Source: an uncultured Candidatus Rokubacteria bacterium
GTDB taxonomy: Bacteria; Methylomirabilota; Methylomirabilia; Rokubacteriales; CSP1-6
Length of the DNA: 64,000 nt
Assembly: GCA_963789955.1 (NCBI GenBank)
Contig: CAWBMV010000022.1
Location: 384,001 to 448,000, forward strand
Reading direction: 5' to 3'
Both the position numbers and the translations under genes were made by a program. Positions 1 to 10,591 of the stretch are shown here, piece after piece. The notes below the pieces were generated by a model, which was given only the letters and a program-made list of their open reading frames with translations, searched no databases and was not told the DNA's origin. Positions within the stretch are counted from its first letter, which is position 1, and each line of letters begins with the position of its first letter.

Positions 1-734
1 GCTGGCGCACCGCGTTCGCCGTTCCGGGGGTCATCGCGCTCGTGTGCGGTGTGCTCTTCGTGCTGGTCGTGCCGCGCGAAGACGTGCCGCCGGCCAAGCG
101 GCCCCAGAGGATGGTCGACCTGCCGCGCTCGGTGCTGGCGCGTGTGTTGACCGTGATGACCTTGGCCGCGATCTCGGGCAGCCTGATCTTCAACTTCACG
201 ACGAACGGCAACGGCCAGCTCCTGGCCGAGCGTCTGCACGGCGTGGTCGACGATCCCGCCACGCTCGGCGCGCTGCTCGCCGTCGTCTACACGGTGGCCT
301 CGTTCGCGCAGCTCATCGTCGGCAAGCTGATCGACCGGGTGCCGCTCAAGTGGGTGTACGTGCCGGTGGCGGCCGGCCAGATTCCGCTGTTCCTCTTCGC
401 CTCGCAGGTGACCGGCTGGCCGCACTACGTCGCGATGCTCTTCTTCATGGTCTTCGTCTTCGGCGCGATCCCGTTCATCGACGCGATGATCGTGCAGTAC
501 GTCGACGACCGCATGCGCTCGCGCGTGGCCGGCATCCGGCTGGCCGTCGGGTTCGGCGTCAGCTCGCTGGCCGTCTATCTCCTCGGCCCGACCGTGAAGG
601 CGGCCGGCTTCACGACCTTGCTGATGGTCCTGGCGATCCTCGCGGCCTGCACCACGCTCTTCGCGTCACTGCTTCCGACCTACGCGCCGAAGCCGACGGT
701 CGTCGCGGCTCCAACCCCCGAACCAGCAACCTGA
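1..734 (+). CDS. MFS transporter, C-terminal part (5' truncated by window edge)
   Basis: Multiple hydrophobic helices; MFS motif GKLIDR; open from window start. Confidence 0.85.
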   Translation, partial: WRTAFAVPGVIALVCGVLFVLVVPREDVPPAKRPQRMVDLPRSVLARVLTVMTLAAISGSLIFNFTTNGNGQLLAERLHGVVDDPATLGALLAVVYTVASFAQLIVGKLIDRVPLKWVYVPVAAGQIPLFLFASQVTGWPHYVAMLFFMVFVFGAIPFIDAMIVQYVDDRMRSRVAGIRLAVGFGVSSLAVYLLGPTVKAAGFTTLLMVLAILAACTTLFASLLPTYAPKPTVVAAPTPEPAT

Positions 735-770
735 GACGAGCCGGCTCACCCGAGCTGCGAGGGCCGCTCC

Positions 771-1283
771 ATGAACAAAGTCTGGGCGAAGATCAAGCAC
801 GAGTTCTTCGAAGTCCTTCCACCGACGATTTTCTTCTTCATCTCGTTCCATATCGTGGTCCTGGATCGGGCGTTGATGGCGAAGGAGTTCGGCGTGCACC
901 TCTCGTCCGTGGCGGGCGCGACCATCGGGGCGTTGCTCGTCGCGAAGGTGGTGCTTGGTCGCCGACATGCTCCCCGCGATCAATAAATTTCCCGAAAAAC
1001 CGCTCATCTACAACGTGCTGTGGAAGACCGTGATCTACGTCAGCGCCTCGCTGCTGGCCCACTACCTCGAGCATCTCATCCCGCTGTGGTGGCGTCTGGG
1101 CTTTCACGGCCGCCAACGAGCACCTCTGGAGCGAGCTGGTGTGGGCGCATTTCTGGGCGGTCCAGCTCTGGCTCGTGGTGTTGATCTTCATCTACTGTGT
1201 CGATGCGCGAGCTGGTGCGTGTGATCGGGCGCGATCGAGTGCTGAGAATCTTCTTCGGCACTCGCGCCTCGCGAGGAGCCTAG
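771..1283 (+). CDS. Hypothetical membrane protein, frameshifted
   Basis: Hydrophobic ORF pieces 771-986, 955-1224 and a third frame ending TAG 1281-1283 join into one ~170 aa protein. Confidence 0.65.
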
Positions 1284-2446
1284 TTACTCGCGCGCGTAGC
1301 GACGGACGAAGGCTTCGTCGACCGTGATCCCGAGCCCGGGGCGGTCCGGGATCGCCACGTACCCGTCGACCACCGGAAACTTCTCCGCGACCAGCTCGTG
1401 CAGGAGCGGATTGGCGCCCAGCGAGTATTCGAGGATGAACCCGGTCGTCTGACTCGCCGCGAGGGCGACGCCCGCCGCGAAGGCCGGCGCGCCGGACCAG
1501 AGGTGCGGCGCCAGCCGGAGGTTGTACGCGGCGGCGATGGCGCCGATGCGCACGCCCTCGGTGAGACCGCCGGCGATGGCGAGATCGGGCTGCAGGACGT
1601 CGGCCCCGCGCAGCTCGGCGATCTCGCGAAAATCGTGCCGGGTGAATTCGCTCTCACCCGTCGAGATCGGGACGCGGATGAGCGGCTCACCTCGGCGAGA
1701 CCCGTCTTGTCGTCGGCGGTCACCGGCTCCTCGAGCCAGTAGAGATCGCAGTCCTCCACCATGCGGCAGAACGCTTTGGCTTCCGCCACGGTCCAGGTGC
1801 CGTGAGCGTCGGCCATCAGCTTCACGTCGGGCCCGAGCGCCCGACGCGCCGCGCGCACGCGTGCCGCCGAGGCGCGCGGCTCACCGTCCATGACGCCGAC
1901 GCGCATCTTGACCGCGCGGAAGCCGCCCTTGTCCACGTAGCCCTGGAGCTGCTCGCCGATGTGCGCCTCGTCGGCCCAGCCGCCGGACGCATACGCCGGC
2001 ATGCGCTCCGCGCGGCGCCCGCCGAGCAGGCGCCAGACCGGCGCGTCGAGTGATTTGCCGAGCAGATCCCAGAGCGCCAGATCGACGCCGGCGATCGCCG
2101 AGATCGAGAGGCCGCGCCGGCCGAGCTGCGGCAGGACGTGACCGCGGTCGAGCGCGTAGCCCTCGCGCGGGGTGTTGTACATCACGTCCCAGAGGCGGCT
2201 CACGTCGCGCGGATCCTGCCCGACGAGCAGGGGAGCGTAGTCGCGGTTGATGATCGCCGCCAGCCCGTGCGCCGACGACGAGCTCCCGACACCGGCCTTC
2301 GCCTCGCCCCAGCCGACGAGCCCGTCCGCCTCGACCTTGACGATGACGGAGTCGAACGACGCCACGCGGCCGAAGTCGCTGACGTGCTGTCGCTCGTACG
2401 GGATCGGCACGTGCACCCACGTCGCCTGAACGCTGTTGATCTTCAT
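1284..2446 (-). CDS. Mandelate racemase/muconate lactonizing enzyme family (enolase superfamily), one frameshift near 1690
   Basis: GVDLALWDLLGK, AVKMRVG, LMADAH, WLEEP; C-terminal PDRPGLG in ORF 1284-1553. Confidence 0.9.
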
Positions 2447-2563
2447 GGCCCGGCAGCGTAGAGCCTCGCTTCCACCCGCGCAAGGGCCTCGAGCGCGAGA
2501 CTGGCGGCCAGCGCGCGATTCGGCTAAATTCGTGGAGCGACGCACGTTTCCCAGGAGGGAACA

Positions 2564-3439
2564 ATGTCCACGTCCGAGCTCGAATTCGAAACGAAGAGCC
2601 TGATGCCGCCGACGGAGTTCTCGCGGCGCGGCTTTCTGACCACGAGCCTGATCGCCGGGTTCACCCTGGCGACCGGACCCGTCAATGCCCAGAGCGTGAT
2701 CACTACCGACACGGCCGGCCTCACCGCGGGCGAGGTGAAGGTGCCGGTTCCCGACGGCCAGCTGCCCGCGTACCGGGCGATGCCGGCGACGGGCGGGACG
2801 TTCCCGACGGTGCTGGTCGTGCAGGAGATCTTCGGGGTCCACGAGCACATCAAGGACGTGTGCCGGCGCTTCGCGAAGCTGGGGTACTACGCCGTGGCGC
2901 CCGAGCTCTTTGCGCGGGCGACCGACACCTCCAAGCTCACCACGATCGACGAGGGGCGCGCCGCGGCCGCGAAGGTCTCGGACAAGCAGGTCATGAGCGA
3001 TCTCGATGCGACGACCGCGTTCGCGAAGACGGAAAAGGGCGACGTCAATCGCCTGGGCATCACGGGATTCTGCTATGGCGGCCGCGTGGTCTGGCTCTAC
3101 TCCGCGCACAGCCCGGTGCTGAAGGCCGGCGTCGCCTGGTACGGGCGCATCACGGGCCCGACCAACGAGATGCAGCCCAAGAATCCGCTCGATCTGGTCG
3201 ACAGCCTGAAAGCCCCGGTGCTGGGTCTCTACGGCGGGGCGGATCAGGGCATCCCGAATGCCGACGTCGAGAAGATGCAGGCGGCGCTCAAGGCCGCCAG
3301 GAAGTCGTCGGAGATCGTGCTCTACGACGGGGCGCCGCACGGATTCCACGCCGACTATCGTCCGAGCTATCGCGAGACGCCGGCGAAGGACGGCTGGCAG
3401 CGTTTGCGCGCGTGGTTCCAGCAGAACGGAGCCGCCTGA
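2564..3439 (+). CDS. Dienelactone hydrolase family protein with Tat signal peptide
   Basis: SRRGFL Tat motif; [32 protein letters not shown]. Confidence 0.92.
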   Translation: MSTSELEFETKSLMPPTEFSRRGFLTTSLIAGFTLATGPVNAQSVITTDTAGLTAGEVKVPVPDGQLPAYRAMPATGGTFPTVLVVQEIFGVHEHIKDVCRRFAKLGYYAVAPELFARATDTSKLTTIDEGRAAAAKVSDKQVMSDLDATTAFAKTEKGDVNRLGITGFCYGGRVVWLYSAHSPVLKAGVAWYGRITGPTNEMQPKNPLDLVDSLKAPVLGLYGGADQGIPNADVEKMQAALKAARKSSEIVLYDGAPHGFHADYRPSYRETPAKDGWQRLRAWFQQNGAA

Positions 3440-4455
3440 TGCGCTTCGGGCTCTTCGGAAGCGCGCAGGCCAAGCGAGGCGGCCCCGACGTCGATAGCGG
3501 CGCCGGGTTCCGGGAGTTCGTCGAGAACAATGTGAAGGCCGAGGCGCTCGGCTACGTCAGCTCGTTCGTGGTCGAGCATCACTTCACCGGCTTCGGGCAG
3601 ATCTCCGCGACCCTGAATCTCTTGACGTGGGTCGGCGCGCGCACCAGGACATTGCGGCTCGGTACCGCCGTGATCACCTTGCCCTGGCACAACCCCGTGC
3701 TGCTGGCCGAGCAGATCGCCACCATGGATTTGCTCTCCGGCGGCCGGATCGACTTCGGGATCGGCCAGGGGTACCGGCACAACGAGTTCGCGGGCTTCTG
3801 CATCCCGATGGAAGAGGCGGACCAGCGGTTCGACGAGTGCCTCGAGGTCATGCTCAAGGCGTGGACCTCGGATCGGCCCTGGTCTCATCGCGGCAAGTAC
3901 TTCCAGTTCGACAACGTCGTCGTCGAGCCGCCGACGGCGCAGAAGCCGCATCCGCCGCTGTGGATGGGCGCCGGGCGGCCGCAATCGATCAAGAAGGTGG
4001 CCGAGCTCGGCTACAACCTCCTGCTCGATCAGTTCGCGTCGATCGAGCAGATCGGCGAGCGCATCGCGCTCTTCAAGGCGGAAGTCGAAGCGCGCGGCCG
4101 GCGGTTCGATCCGACGCAGGTCGCGGTCACCCGATCGGTCAACGTCGTGAAGACCGCGGCCGAGCGCCAGAAAGCGCTCGAGACCCGCATGGCGGCGCGC
4201 GAGCGCGTCCACAATCTCGCGCAACGCCCCGACGGGCAGAACAACTCGACGATCATGACCTACGCGCACACGCTCGAGGCCGCCGAGGCAGGAGCGCTCT
4301 ACGGCACGCCGGACGAGATCGCCGTGAAGCTGCAGAGGCTGCGCGACCTCGGGGCCGAGTACGTGCTGCTCAACAGCACGGGCGGGTTCGAGACCTTGCG
4401 CCGCTTCGCCGAGGAGGTGCGGCCCGCGTTCGCCGGCGAGCCCTCGCTCCGCTAG
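3439..4455 (+). CDS. LLM-class (luciferase-like) flavin-dependent oxidoreductase
   Basis: VEHHF, LGTAV, DLLSGGR, PxQKPHPP; TGATG overlap with upstream gene. Confidence 0.92.
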   Translation: MRFGLFGSAQAKRGGPDVDSGAGFREFVENNVKAEALGYVSSFVVEHHFTGFGQISATLNLLTWVGARTRTLRLGTAVITLPWHNPVLLAEQIATMDLLSGGRIDFGIGQGYRHNEFAGFCIPMEEADQRFDECLEVMLKAWTSDRPWSHRGKYFQFDNVVVEPPTAQKPHPPLWMGAGRPQSIKKVAELGYNLLLDQFASIEQIGERIALFKAEVEARGRRFDPTQVAVTRSVNVVKTAAERQKALETRMAARERVHNLAQRPDGQNNSTIMTYAHTLEAAEAGALYGTPDEIAVKLQRLRDLGAEYVLLNSTGGFETLRRFAEEVRPAFAGEPSLR

Positions 4456-4478
4456 GAATCGGCGAGGACGGTGTGGCC

Positions 4479-5303
4479 ATGGACCGCAGTGACGCGCGCG
4501 CGACGAACGCCTACTGGGGGCGCGACGGTATCGAGCGCACGATCCTCGATGCGCTCGCCGCCGCCGGCAAGAACACCGATACGCTGACCGTCGACGATCT
4601 CGCGCCGGCGGATCAGTTTCACAGCGGCGGCAAGGGCGCGACCGAGCGGCTGGCCCGCATGGCCCAGCTCAAGCCGGGTATGCGAGTCCTCGACGTCGGC
4701 GGCGGGCTGGGCGGGCCCGCGCGGACCCTGGCGACCCAGTACGGCTGTCGGGTCACCGTGGTGGATCTCACGGAATCGTACGTGAGGGCGGCAACGACCT
4801 TGACCGCACGCCTGGGACTCGCCGATCGGGTGACCCATCGCGTCGGCGACGCGCTGGCGCTCGACGTGGACGGTCAGTTCGATGTGGTGTGGACCCAGAA
4901 CAGCGGCATGAACATCCCCGACAAGGAGCGGCTCTACGCCGGCTTCGCGCGGGTGCTCCGTCCGGGCGGATTGCTCGCGCTGCAGGAGCCGATGGCCGGC
5001 CCCGTTCAGCCGGTCCTGTACCCGGTGATGTGGGCCCGCGACGCCGGGGCGAGCTTTCTTCGCGCGCCTGCCGAGATGCGCAAGCTGATCGAGGCGGCAG
5101 GGTTCCAGGTCCGCGCGTGGGACGACGTCACCGCCGAGGCTGTCGGACCGAGCACCGGAGCGGCCAGCCCCGCGCACAGCATCCAGCGGATCGTCATGGG
5201 TGACGCGGTCGACGCGATCGCGCGGTCGGGTCAGAAGAACCGTGAGGAGGGCCGGATCGTCATGATCCAGGCCGTCCTGGAGCGGCGCGCGACTCCCGCT
5301 TAG
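4479..5303 (+). CDS. Class I SAM-dependent methyltransferase
   Basis: DQFH, VLDVGGGLGG, RVLRPGG. Confidence 0.9.
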   Translation: MDRSDARATNAYWGRDGIERTILDALAAAGKNTDTLTVDDLAPADQFHSGGKGATERLARMAQLKPGMRVLDVGGGLGGPARTLATQYGCRVTVVDLTESYVRAATTLTARLGLADRVTHRVGDALALDVDGQFDVVWTQNSGMNIPDKERLYAGFARVLRPGGLLALQEPMAGPVQPVLYPVMWARDAGASFLRAPAEMRKLIEAAGFQVRAWDDVTAEAVGPSTGAASPAHSIQRIVMGDAVDAIARSGQKNREEGRIVMIQAVLERRATPA

Positions 5304-7209
5304 GCTCCACCACCTCGAACATCAGGTAGAAGTCGTCGAGCAGAGCGAAGAGCTCGGCGACCTTGTCGGCGTTGCCCTCCACCCGCACCAGACCACGCTC
5401 GACCGCGTCGGCGAACGCGACGTCCCGTAGGACCAGCCGATTCAGCGCCGCCCGCTCGAGCGTTACGGTCGCGTCGGCGCTGTCGCTCCGCCGGTCGGCC
5501 AGATAGGTGAGCGCGGAGTGCTCGAGGTTGGCGACGTAGCTCCGGTCGAGATCGGAGAAGACCCAGTTGACGACGATATGCCGGCCTTCCGCCTTCTCGC
5601 CGTTGATCCGCACGCCGAGGTAGTCGAAGAAGAGGTCCAGGCTCATCGCGCGGACGACGTCGGGGCTCACGGGCGCGCGCGCGACCGCGGCGGGCACGCC
5701 TTGCCGCAGCTCCAGGGCGCCCAGCAGGTAGGCGTTCCGCCACGTCGCCGACTCCGCCGCGTAGCCCATCTGCTCGAGCGCGTCGGCGCCGAGCTGCCGC
5801 GCCTCGGTGTTCGCGGGATCGGCGAAGACGACGTGGCTCATCGCCTCCGCGACGAAGCGGTACTCGCCCCCGGCGAAGTCCTCGCGCGCGCGCCGGATCG
5901 CGGCGTCGGCGCCGCCCATGTACTCGACGTATTTGCGCCCGCGCTCGACCGGCGGGAGCGGATTCAGATTGGCGGGATTCGCGTCGTACCAGCCGATGTA
6001 GCGCTGGTAGACGGACTTCGCATTGTGGCTCAAGGTGCCGTAGTAGCCGCGGACGTGCCACGTCGAGCCGAGACTCCTGGGCAGGGCCAGACGTTCGGCG
6101 ATCTCGGCCGCCTTGTAGCCGTGGTTCATGAGCCGCGCGGTCTGATCGTGCAGGTATTTGTAGAGATCGCGCTGCCGGCCGAGGAAGTCGCGTACGCGCG
6201 CGTTGCCCCACACCGGCCAGTGATGCTGGGCGAACACCACGTCCGCGTCTGGCCCGAATCGATCGAGCGCCTCGTTCAGGTATTTGGCCCACGCATTGGC
6301 GTCGCGCGCCTGGGCGCCGCGAATGGGATAGATGTTATGCAGATTATGGGTGGCGTTCTCGGCGAGGTTCAGCGCCCGCAGCCCGGGATGAAACATGTGC
6401 ATCTCGGCCGGCGCCTCGGTCTCGGGCGTGAGCTGGAATACGATCTCGATCCCGTCGATCCGATGTGTCTCGACCGGGTCCTTGATGATGCGGGTCGGCG
6501 CAATGAGCGTCACGGTGCCGCGCGAAGTCGCCTTGCCCAGACCCGTGTCCACCTGGCCGCGCGGCCCCTTGGGCAACGTCGACCCGAACTGAAACTGGGC
6601 GCGCCGCACCATGGCGGTCCCCGCGAGCACGGTCTCGGAGACCACTTCCTGCATGAACCGGTCGGGCGCCCAGACCTCGACCCGGCCGGCGCTCACGTCA
6701 CGCTCGTCGACGACGCCCCGCACGCCGCCGTAGTGGTCCGTGTGGCTGTGCGAGTAGATGACCGCCACGATCGGGCGCCGTCCGCGATGCTGCGTGTAGA
6801 GCTCGAGTCCCGCGCGGGCGACTTCGGTCGAGATGAGCGGGTCGACGACGATCAGGCCGCGGTCGCCCTCGATCAACGTCATGTTCGAGATGTCGAATCC
6901 GCGGATCTGATAGATCCGGTCCGTCACCTGGAACAGGCCGTGGTTGAGATTGAGCCGGGCCAGCCGCCAGAGGCTCGGATTGACCGTGGGCGGCGCGTGC
7001 TCGTCGGCGAGGAAGCTGTAGTCGCGGAGCGTCCACACGACCCGCCCCTGATCGTTCTTGATCTCGACCTCGGGCAGGGTGGCGACAAAGCCCTGCCGAG
7101 CGTCGTCGAAATCCTGCGTGTCGGCGAACGGCAGCGCGTCGAGCACGGCTCGATTCAGCGCGGCGGTGATCGGTGAGGCGTCCTTCGGACCCGGGACCGG
7201 GGCGGCCAT
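5260..7209 (-). CDS. Alkyl/aryl sulfatase, SdsA1/BDS1-like metallo-beta-lactamase fold with SCP2-like C-terminus
   Basis: YSHSHTDHYGG, AENATHNLHN, QHHWP, RGYYG, GWYDANPANL; start uncertain (frame open to 7293). Confidence 0.93.
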   Translation of the reverse strand: MAAPVPGPKDASPITAALNRAVLDALPFADTQDFDDARQGFVATLPEVEIKNDQGRVVWTLRDYSFLADEHAPPTVNPSLWRLARLNLNHGLFQVTDRIYQIRGFDISNMTLIEGDRGLIVVDPLISTEVARAGLELYTQHRGRRPIVAVIYSHSHTDHYGGVRGVVDERDVSAGRVEVWAPDRFMQEVVSETVLAGTAMVRRAQFQFGSTLPKGPRGQVDTGLGKATSRGTVTLIAPTRIIKDPVETHRIDGIEIVFQLTPETEAPAEMHMFHPGLRALNLAENATHNLHNIYPIRGAQARDANAWAKYLNEALDRFGPDADVVFAQHHWPVWGNARVRDFLGRQRDLYKYLHDQTARLMNHGYKAAEIAERLALPRSLGSTWHVRGYYGTLSHNAKSVYQRYIGWYDANPANLNPLPPVERGRKYVEYMGGADAAIRRAREDFAGGEYRFVAEAMSHVVFADPANTEARQLGADALEQMGYAAESATWRNAYLLGALELRQGVPAAVARAPVSPDVVRAMSLDLFFDYLGVRINGEKAEGRHIVVNWVFSDLDRSYVANLEHSALTYLADRRSDSADATVTLERAALNRLVLRDVAFADAVERGLVRVEGNADKVAELFALLDDFYLMFEVVEPKRESRAAPGRPGS

Positions 7210-7218
7210 CGACGTGGT

Positions 7219-7267
7219 GCGCGCCGCAGGTCGTCGCGGGGCTGGGGCCCCGCCGGCCGAGGTGCGC
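7219..7267 (+). repeat. 49-nt hairpin repeat, copy 1
   Basis: GCGCGCC-GCA-GGTCG-TC-GCGGGGC-TGGG-GCCCCGC-CGGCC-GA-GGTGCGC; matches copies at 15002, 36328, 47424. Confidence 0.95.
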
Positions 7268-7336
7268 GTATCCGATATGGTATCGCAGCGCACGACGACA
7301 CGTCGATCTGGCAGAATCTAGCCGGGGAGGACCGGC

Positions 7337-7702
7337 ATGCCCGACGCCGAGACCAAGGCCACGCTCGACGCTATCCATCGGTTCAACGAGGCGTTCAATC
7401 GCCACGACGTGGACGGCGTGATGGCCATGATGACGGCCGACTGCGTGTTCGAGAACACCCAGCCGCCGCCGGACGGCGAGCGGTTCGTGGGCGCCGTCGC
7501 GGTGCGGGCGTTCTGGAAGCGCTTCTTCGAATCGACGCCGGGCGCCCGCTTCGAGACCGAAGAAATCGTCGCGACCGGCGACCGCGCCCTGGTGCGCTGG
7601 GTGTTTCACTGGGACAACCTTGGCGGTCACGTGCGCGGCGTCGATGTCATGCGCGTGCGCGGCGGCAAGGTGGCCGAGAAGCTCGCCTACGTGAAGGGCT
7701 GA
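7337..7702 (+). CDS. SnoaL-like/NTF2 family protein
   Basis: RFNEAFNRHDVD, RGVDVMRVRGGKVAEKLAYVK; RBS GGAGG. Confidence 0.88.
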   Translation: MPDAETKATLDAIHRFNEAFNRHDVDGVMAMMTADCVFENTQPPPDGERFVGAVAVRAFWKRFFESTPGARFETEEIVATGDRALVRWVFHWDNLGGHVRGVDVMRVRGGKVAEKLAYVKG

Positions 7703-7746
7703 GGGCGGCCTGACGAGCGTGCTCTAATACGTCTACAGGAGAGGCT

Positions 7747-8205
7747 ATGACTTACAAGAAGCCGAGCGACGCCGAGGTGAAAGCGAAGCTGACGCCGGCG
7801 CAGTACGAGGTCACGCAGTGCAGCGCGACCGAGCCGCCGTTCCGCAACGAGTTCTGGAACCACCACGAGCCGGGAATCTACGTCGACGTCGTGTCCGGCG
7901 AGGCCTTGTTCGCGTCGACCGACAAGTTCGACTCGGGCACGGGCTGGCCGAGCTTCGTGCGCCCGATCGAGGACGCGAACGTGACGGAGCACACCGACGA
8001 CTCGCACGGGATGCGCCGGGTCGAGGTGCGCTCGGCGGCGGGCGACTCGCACCTGGGCCATCTGTTCGACGACGGACCGGGGCCGACCGGACTCCGCTAC
8101 TGCATCAACTCGGCTTCCCTCCGGTTCATTCCGGTGGCGAAGCTCGAACAGGAAGGCTACGGCAAGTACAAAGCGCTCTTCGAGAAGGTGAAACCCGCTC
8201 GATAA
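7747..8205 (+). CDS. msrB: Peptide-methionine (R)-S-oxide reductase
   Basis: [34 protein letters not shown]. Confidence 0.97.
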   Translation: MTYKKPSDAEVKAKLTPAQYEVTQCSATEPPFRNEFWNHHEPGIYVDVVSGEALFASTDKFDSGTGWPSFVRPIEDANVTEHTDDSHGMRRVEVRSAAGDSHLGHLFDDGPGPTGLRYCINSASLRFIPVAKLEQEGYGKYKALFEKVKPAR

Positions 8206-8215
8206 GCCTGCCGCG

Positions 8216-8246
8216 GCGGCGGTGGGGCCAGGCGCCCCACCGCCGC
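8216..8246. terminator. 13-bp GC hairpin between convergent genes
   Basis: GCGGCGGTGGGGC-CAGGC-GCCCCACCGCCGC; no U tract. Confidence 0.55.
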
Positions 8247-8254
8247 GTCATCGA

Positions 8255-9871
8255 CTACTTCGCCAGGAACGCCTTCGCCTCGCGCAGCTCGGGCCGATCG
8301 GTGTCCGCGTTGCCGCACAGGTTCACGACGCTCGTGTAGAACGTCCGAGCCTTGGCCGCCTCACCCGAACGCTCGGCCGCCCGTCCCGCCCCATAGAGGC
8401 TGCGGAAGCGATTCGGCTCCGCCACCAAGGTCAGCTCGAACTCCTTGAGCGCCTCGGCGGGCTTGTTCATCTCGAGCAGGACGTCGCCGAGCAGCTCGCG
8501 GGCCGGAACGACCGCCGCGGGCGTGACGGGATGCTTGTCCATCGAGCTCTCGAGCTCTGCGGCCGACCTCAAGAGCGTGAGCGCCTCGTTGGGATTGCCC
8601 TTCGCGCGCGCGACGAACGCGGCCGCCGCGCGACGCTGCACTTCGACCTGATCGGCCCAGTACCCGTTCTTGGCCTGCGTCAGCGCGTCGCGCAGCGCCG
8701 CGAGCCGCTCGACGTCCTTCTCGGCCGCCGCCACGTTGCCGGTGCGTGCCGAACCCAGCGAGTGCGTGTACGCGATGATCGCCTCGGCCCAGGGATAGCG
8801 CGCCCACGGGAACGTCATGGCCGGCATCGTGATCGCCGACGCGTCGGTCCAGCTCCGGCGCTCGAGCGCATAGCGCGCCGGCACGGCCACCAGCGCGTAG
8901 GCCGAGGCGAGGCTCTCGGGCTCGGCCTTTCGGTATTCGGCGACTTCCTCGACCACGCGTCGGGCCGCGCCGTCGCGCCCGGTCTGCAGGTAGCCGTAGA
9001 CGAGATAGTCCTGGGCATGCAGCGTCTGATCCCAGGCGTAGCCGCCGCCCTGCTTGGTCACGTAGGCCTTGCCGGCGTCGGCCGAAGCGAGATTGGAATC
9101 GATCGACTCCTGCCAGAAGCCGACCCGGGTGAAGATGTGGGACGGCATGTGGAGCGCGTGCGGGACCGCGGGCGCGATCTTCGAATAGCTGCGTGCCGCG
9201 GTCAGCGAGCGGGTCGCGAGCGGGGCTGAGTCGTAGCTGTGAATGATGTAGTGCGCCACGCCCGGATGATTCGGCTGCTCGGCGAAGACCTTCTCGAGAA
9301 TCGCGGCGGCCTTCAGCTGATTCGCGTAGGTCTTGTCGGTCGGCAGCGCGGTCGCGTCCAGCGCCAGCGCGTAGAAGACGGACGCTTCACGATCTGACGG
9401 ATAGCGCGCGGCGAGCTGCTCCATCGCTTTCTCGTACGCGACGGCGCGCGTCCGGTGGTCGAGCTTGTCGGAGTCGCGGTAGAACGTGGCGAGCGCCGCG
9501 ACGTAGTCCTTCTCGCGCGGCGTGGCTGTCAAGGTCGCGGCTTTGTCCAGCGCGGCCCGGCCCTTGGTCAGCATCGCCTCGCTCGGCGGCTGCCAGAGCG
9601 GGTAGTAGACGCTCATGGCCATGCCCCAGTAGCCCATCGCGCAGGCCGGATCCGTCGTGGTGACGCTCGTGAACGTCTTCAGCGCCTCCTCGTACCAGAA
9701 CGAGTGGAGCAAGGCGACGCCGCGCTCGAAGACGGGCTGCGCCGGCGCGGCGCACGACGTGGGGAAGTGAACCTGCCCTAGCGCCCCGGCGGTGTCGTCG
9801 TGGGCGAGAGCCCCGCCCGCCCACAGCCCGGTCAAGAGGGTCGCGACGGATAGAGTGACGGCTCCCTTCAT
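8255..9871 (-). CDS. Secreted TPR-repeat protein
   Basis: Signal peptide; VHFPTSC, GVALLHSFWY, HPGVAHYIIHSYD, HALHMPSHIF; helical repeats. Confidence 0.85.
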   Translation of the reverse strand: MKGAVTLSVATLLTGLWAGGALAHDDTAGALGQVHFPTSCAAPAQPVFERGVALLHSFWYEEALKTFTSVTTTDPACAMGYWGMAMSVYYPLWQPPSEAMLTKGRAALDKAATLTATPREKDYVAALATFYRDSDKLDHRTRAVAYEKAMEQLAARYPSDREASVFYALALDATALPTDKTYANQLKAAAILEKVFAEQPNHPGVAHYIIHSYDSAPLATRSLTAARSYSKIAPAVPHALHMPSHIFTRVGFWQESIDSNLASADAGKAYVTKQGGGYAWDQTLHAQDYLVYGYLQTGRDGAARRVVEEVAEYRKAEPESLASAYALVAVPARYALERRSWTDASAITMPAMTFPWARYPWAEAIIAYTHSLGSARTGNVAAAEKDVERLAALRDALTQAKNGYWADQVEVQRRAAAAFVARAKGNPNEALTLLRSAAELESSMDKHPVTPAAVVPARELLGDVLLEMNKPAEALKEFELTLVAEPNRFRSLYGAGRAAERSGEAAKARTFYTSVVNLCGNADTDRPELREAKAFLAK

Positions 9872-10049
9872 GAGTGCCTCCCTTCGAAGTCGAAGCGTGA
9901 TTGCCAGACCATCACGCCGACTGAGGCTTCGCAAGGATCCTGCCACGGGCGAGCCTAACGATTGCTGGGGTTTACACCGTCCCGAAGACGGCCGCGATCG
10001 GGCGGGATGCCCGCTGCCTGGGCGAAAGCCCCGACCGCGCCGTGAGAGT

Positions 10050-10523
10050 CTAGCGCTCGGCGCCGAGCCTCGTCGCGCCGCTGTTCGGCTTCAGGTGGGT
10101 CAGGCTCCCGAGCTCGTTGAGCGCGGTCAGCATCTCGACCGGGATCGGCTGTGAGCTCAGCGAGCCGTCTTCGTTGATGCGCGCGTAGACGCGCGTGGCC
10201 TTGCCCTCGCTGACCGGGGCGCCGGTGACGGCGTTCTTGGCCTTGCAGTTCCAGTGGAGCGTGCGGTTGCCGACCTCGGCCAGGGTGATCGTGTTCACGA
10301 TCCGGTCGCCATAGGCGGCCGGGCCGATGAACCGGAAGTGGATCTCCCCCATCACGAACGTCGTGCGATCGTTCTTGATCATCTGCTCGATCGGGTAGCC
10401 GATCACACGGAACAGCTCGTGCTCGGTGTCGTTGAACCAGGCGACGATACGCGGGTAGTACACCAGCCCAAAGGGGTCCGACTCGCCCCAGTTGACCGTT
10501 ATTTCCTTCCAGTACATCGCCAT
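10050..10523 (-). CDS. Acyl-CoA thioesterase (4HBT/hotdog fold)
   Basis: WGESDPFGLVYYP motif; RBS AGGAGG. Confidence 0.88.
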   Translation of the reverse strand: MAMYWKEITVNWGESDPFGLVYYPRIVAWFNDTEHELFRVIGYPIEQMIKNDRTTFVMGEIHFRFIGPAAYGDRIVNTITLAEVGNRTLHWNCKAKNAVTGAPVSEGKATRVYARINEDGSLSSQPIPVEMLTALNELGSLTHLKPNSGATRLGAER

Positions 10524-10554
10524 TGGCTTTCCTCCTGTTCCGGGCCGTCTCGCC

Positions 10555-10583
10555 GGTATACGGGATTGGCTTGTCGCCGTCAA
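10555..10583 (-). promoter_or_regulatory. Sigma70-like promoter of the thioesterase gene
   Basis: TTGACG-N17-TATACC on minus strand. Confidence 0.7.
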
Positions 10584-10591
10584 GTTGCGTC

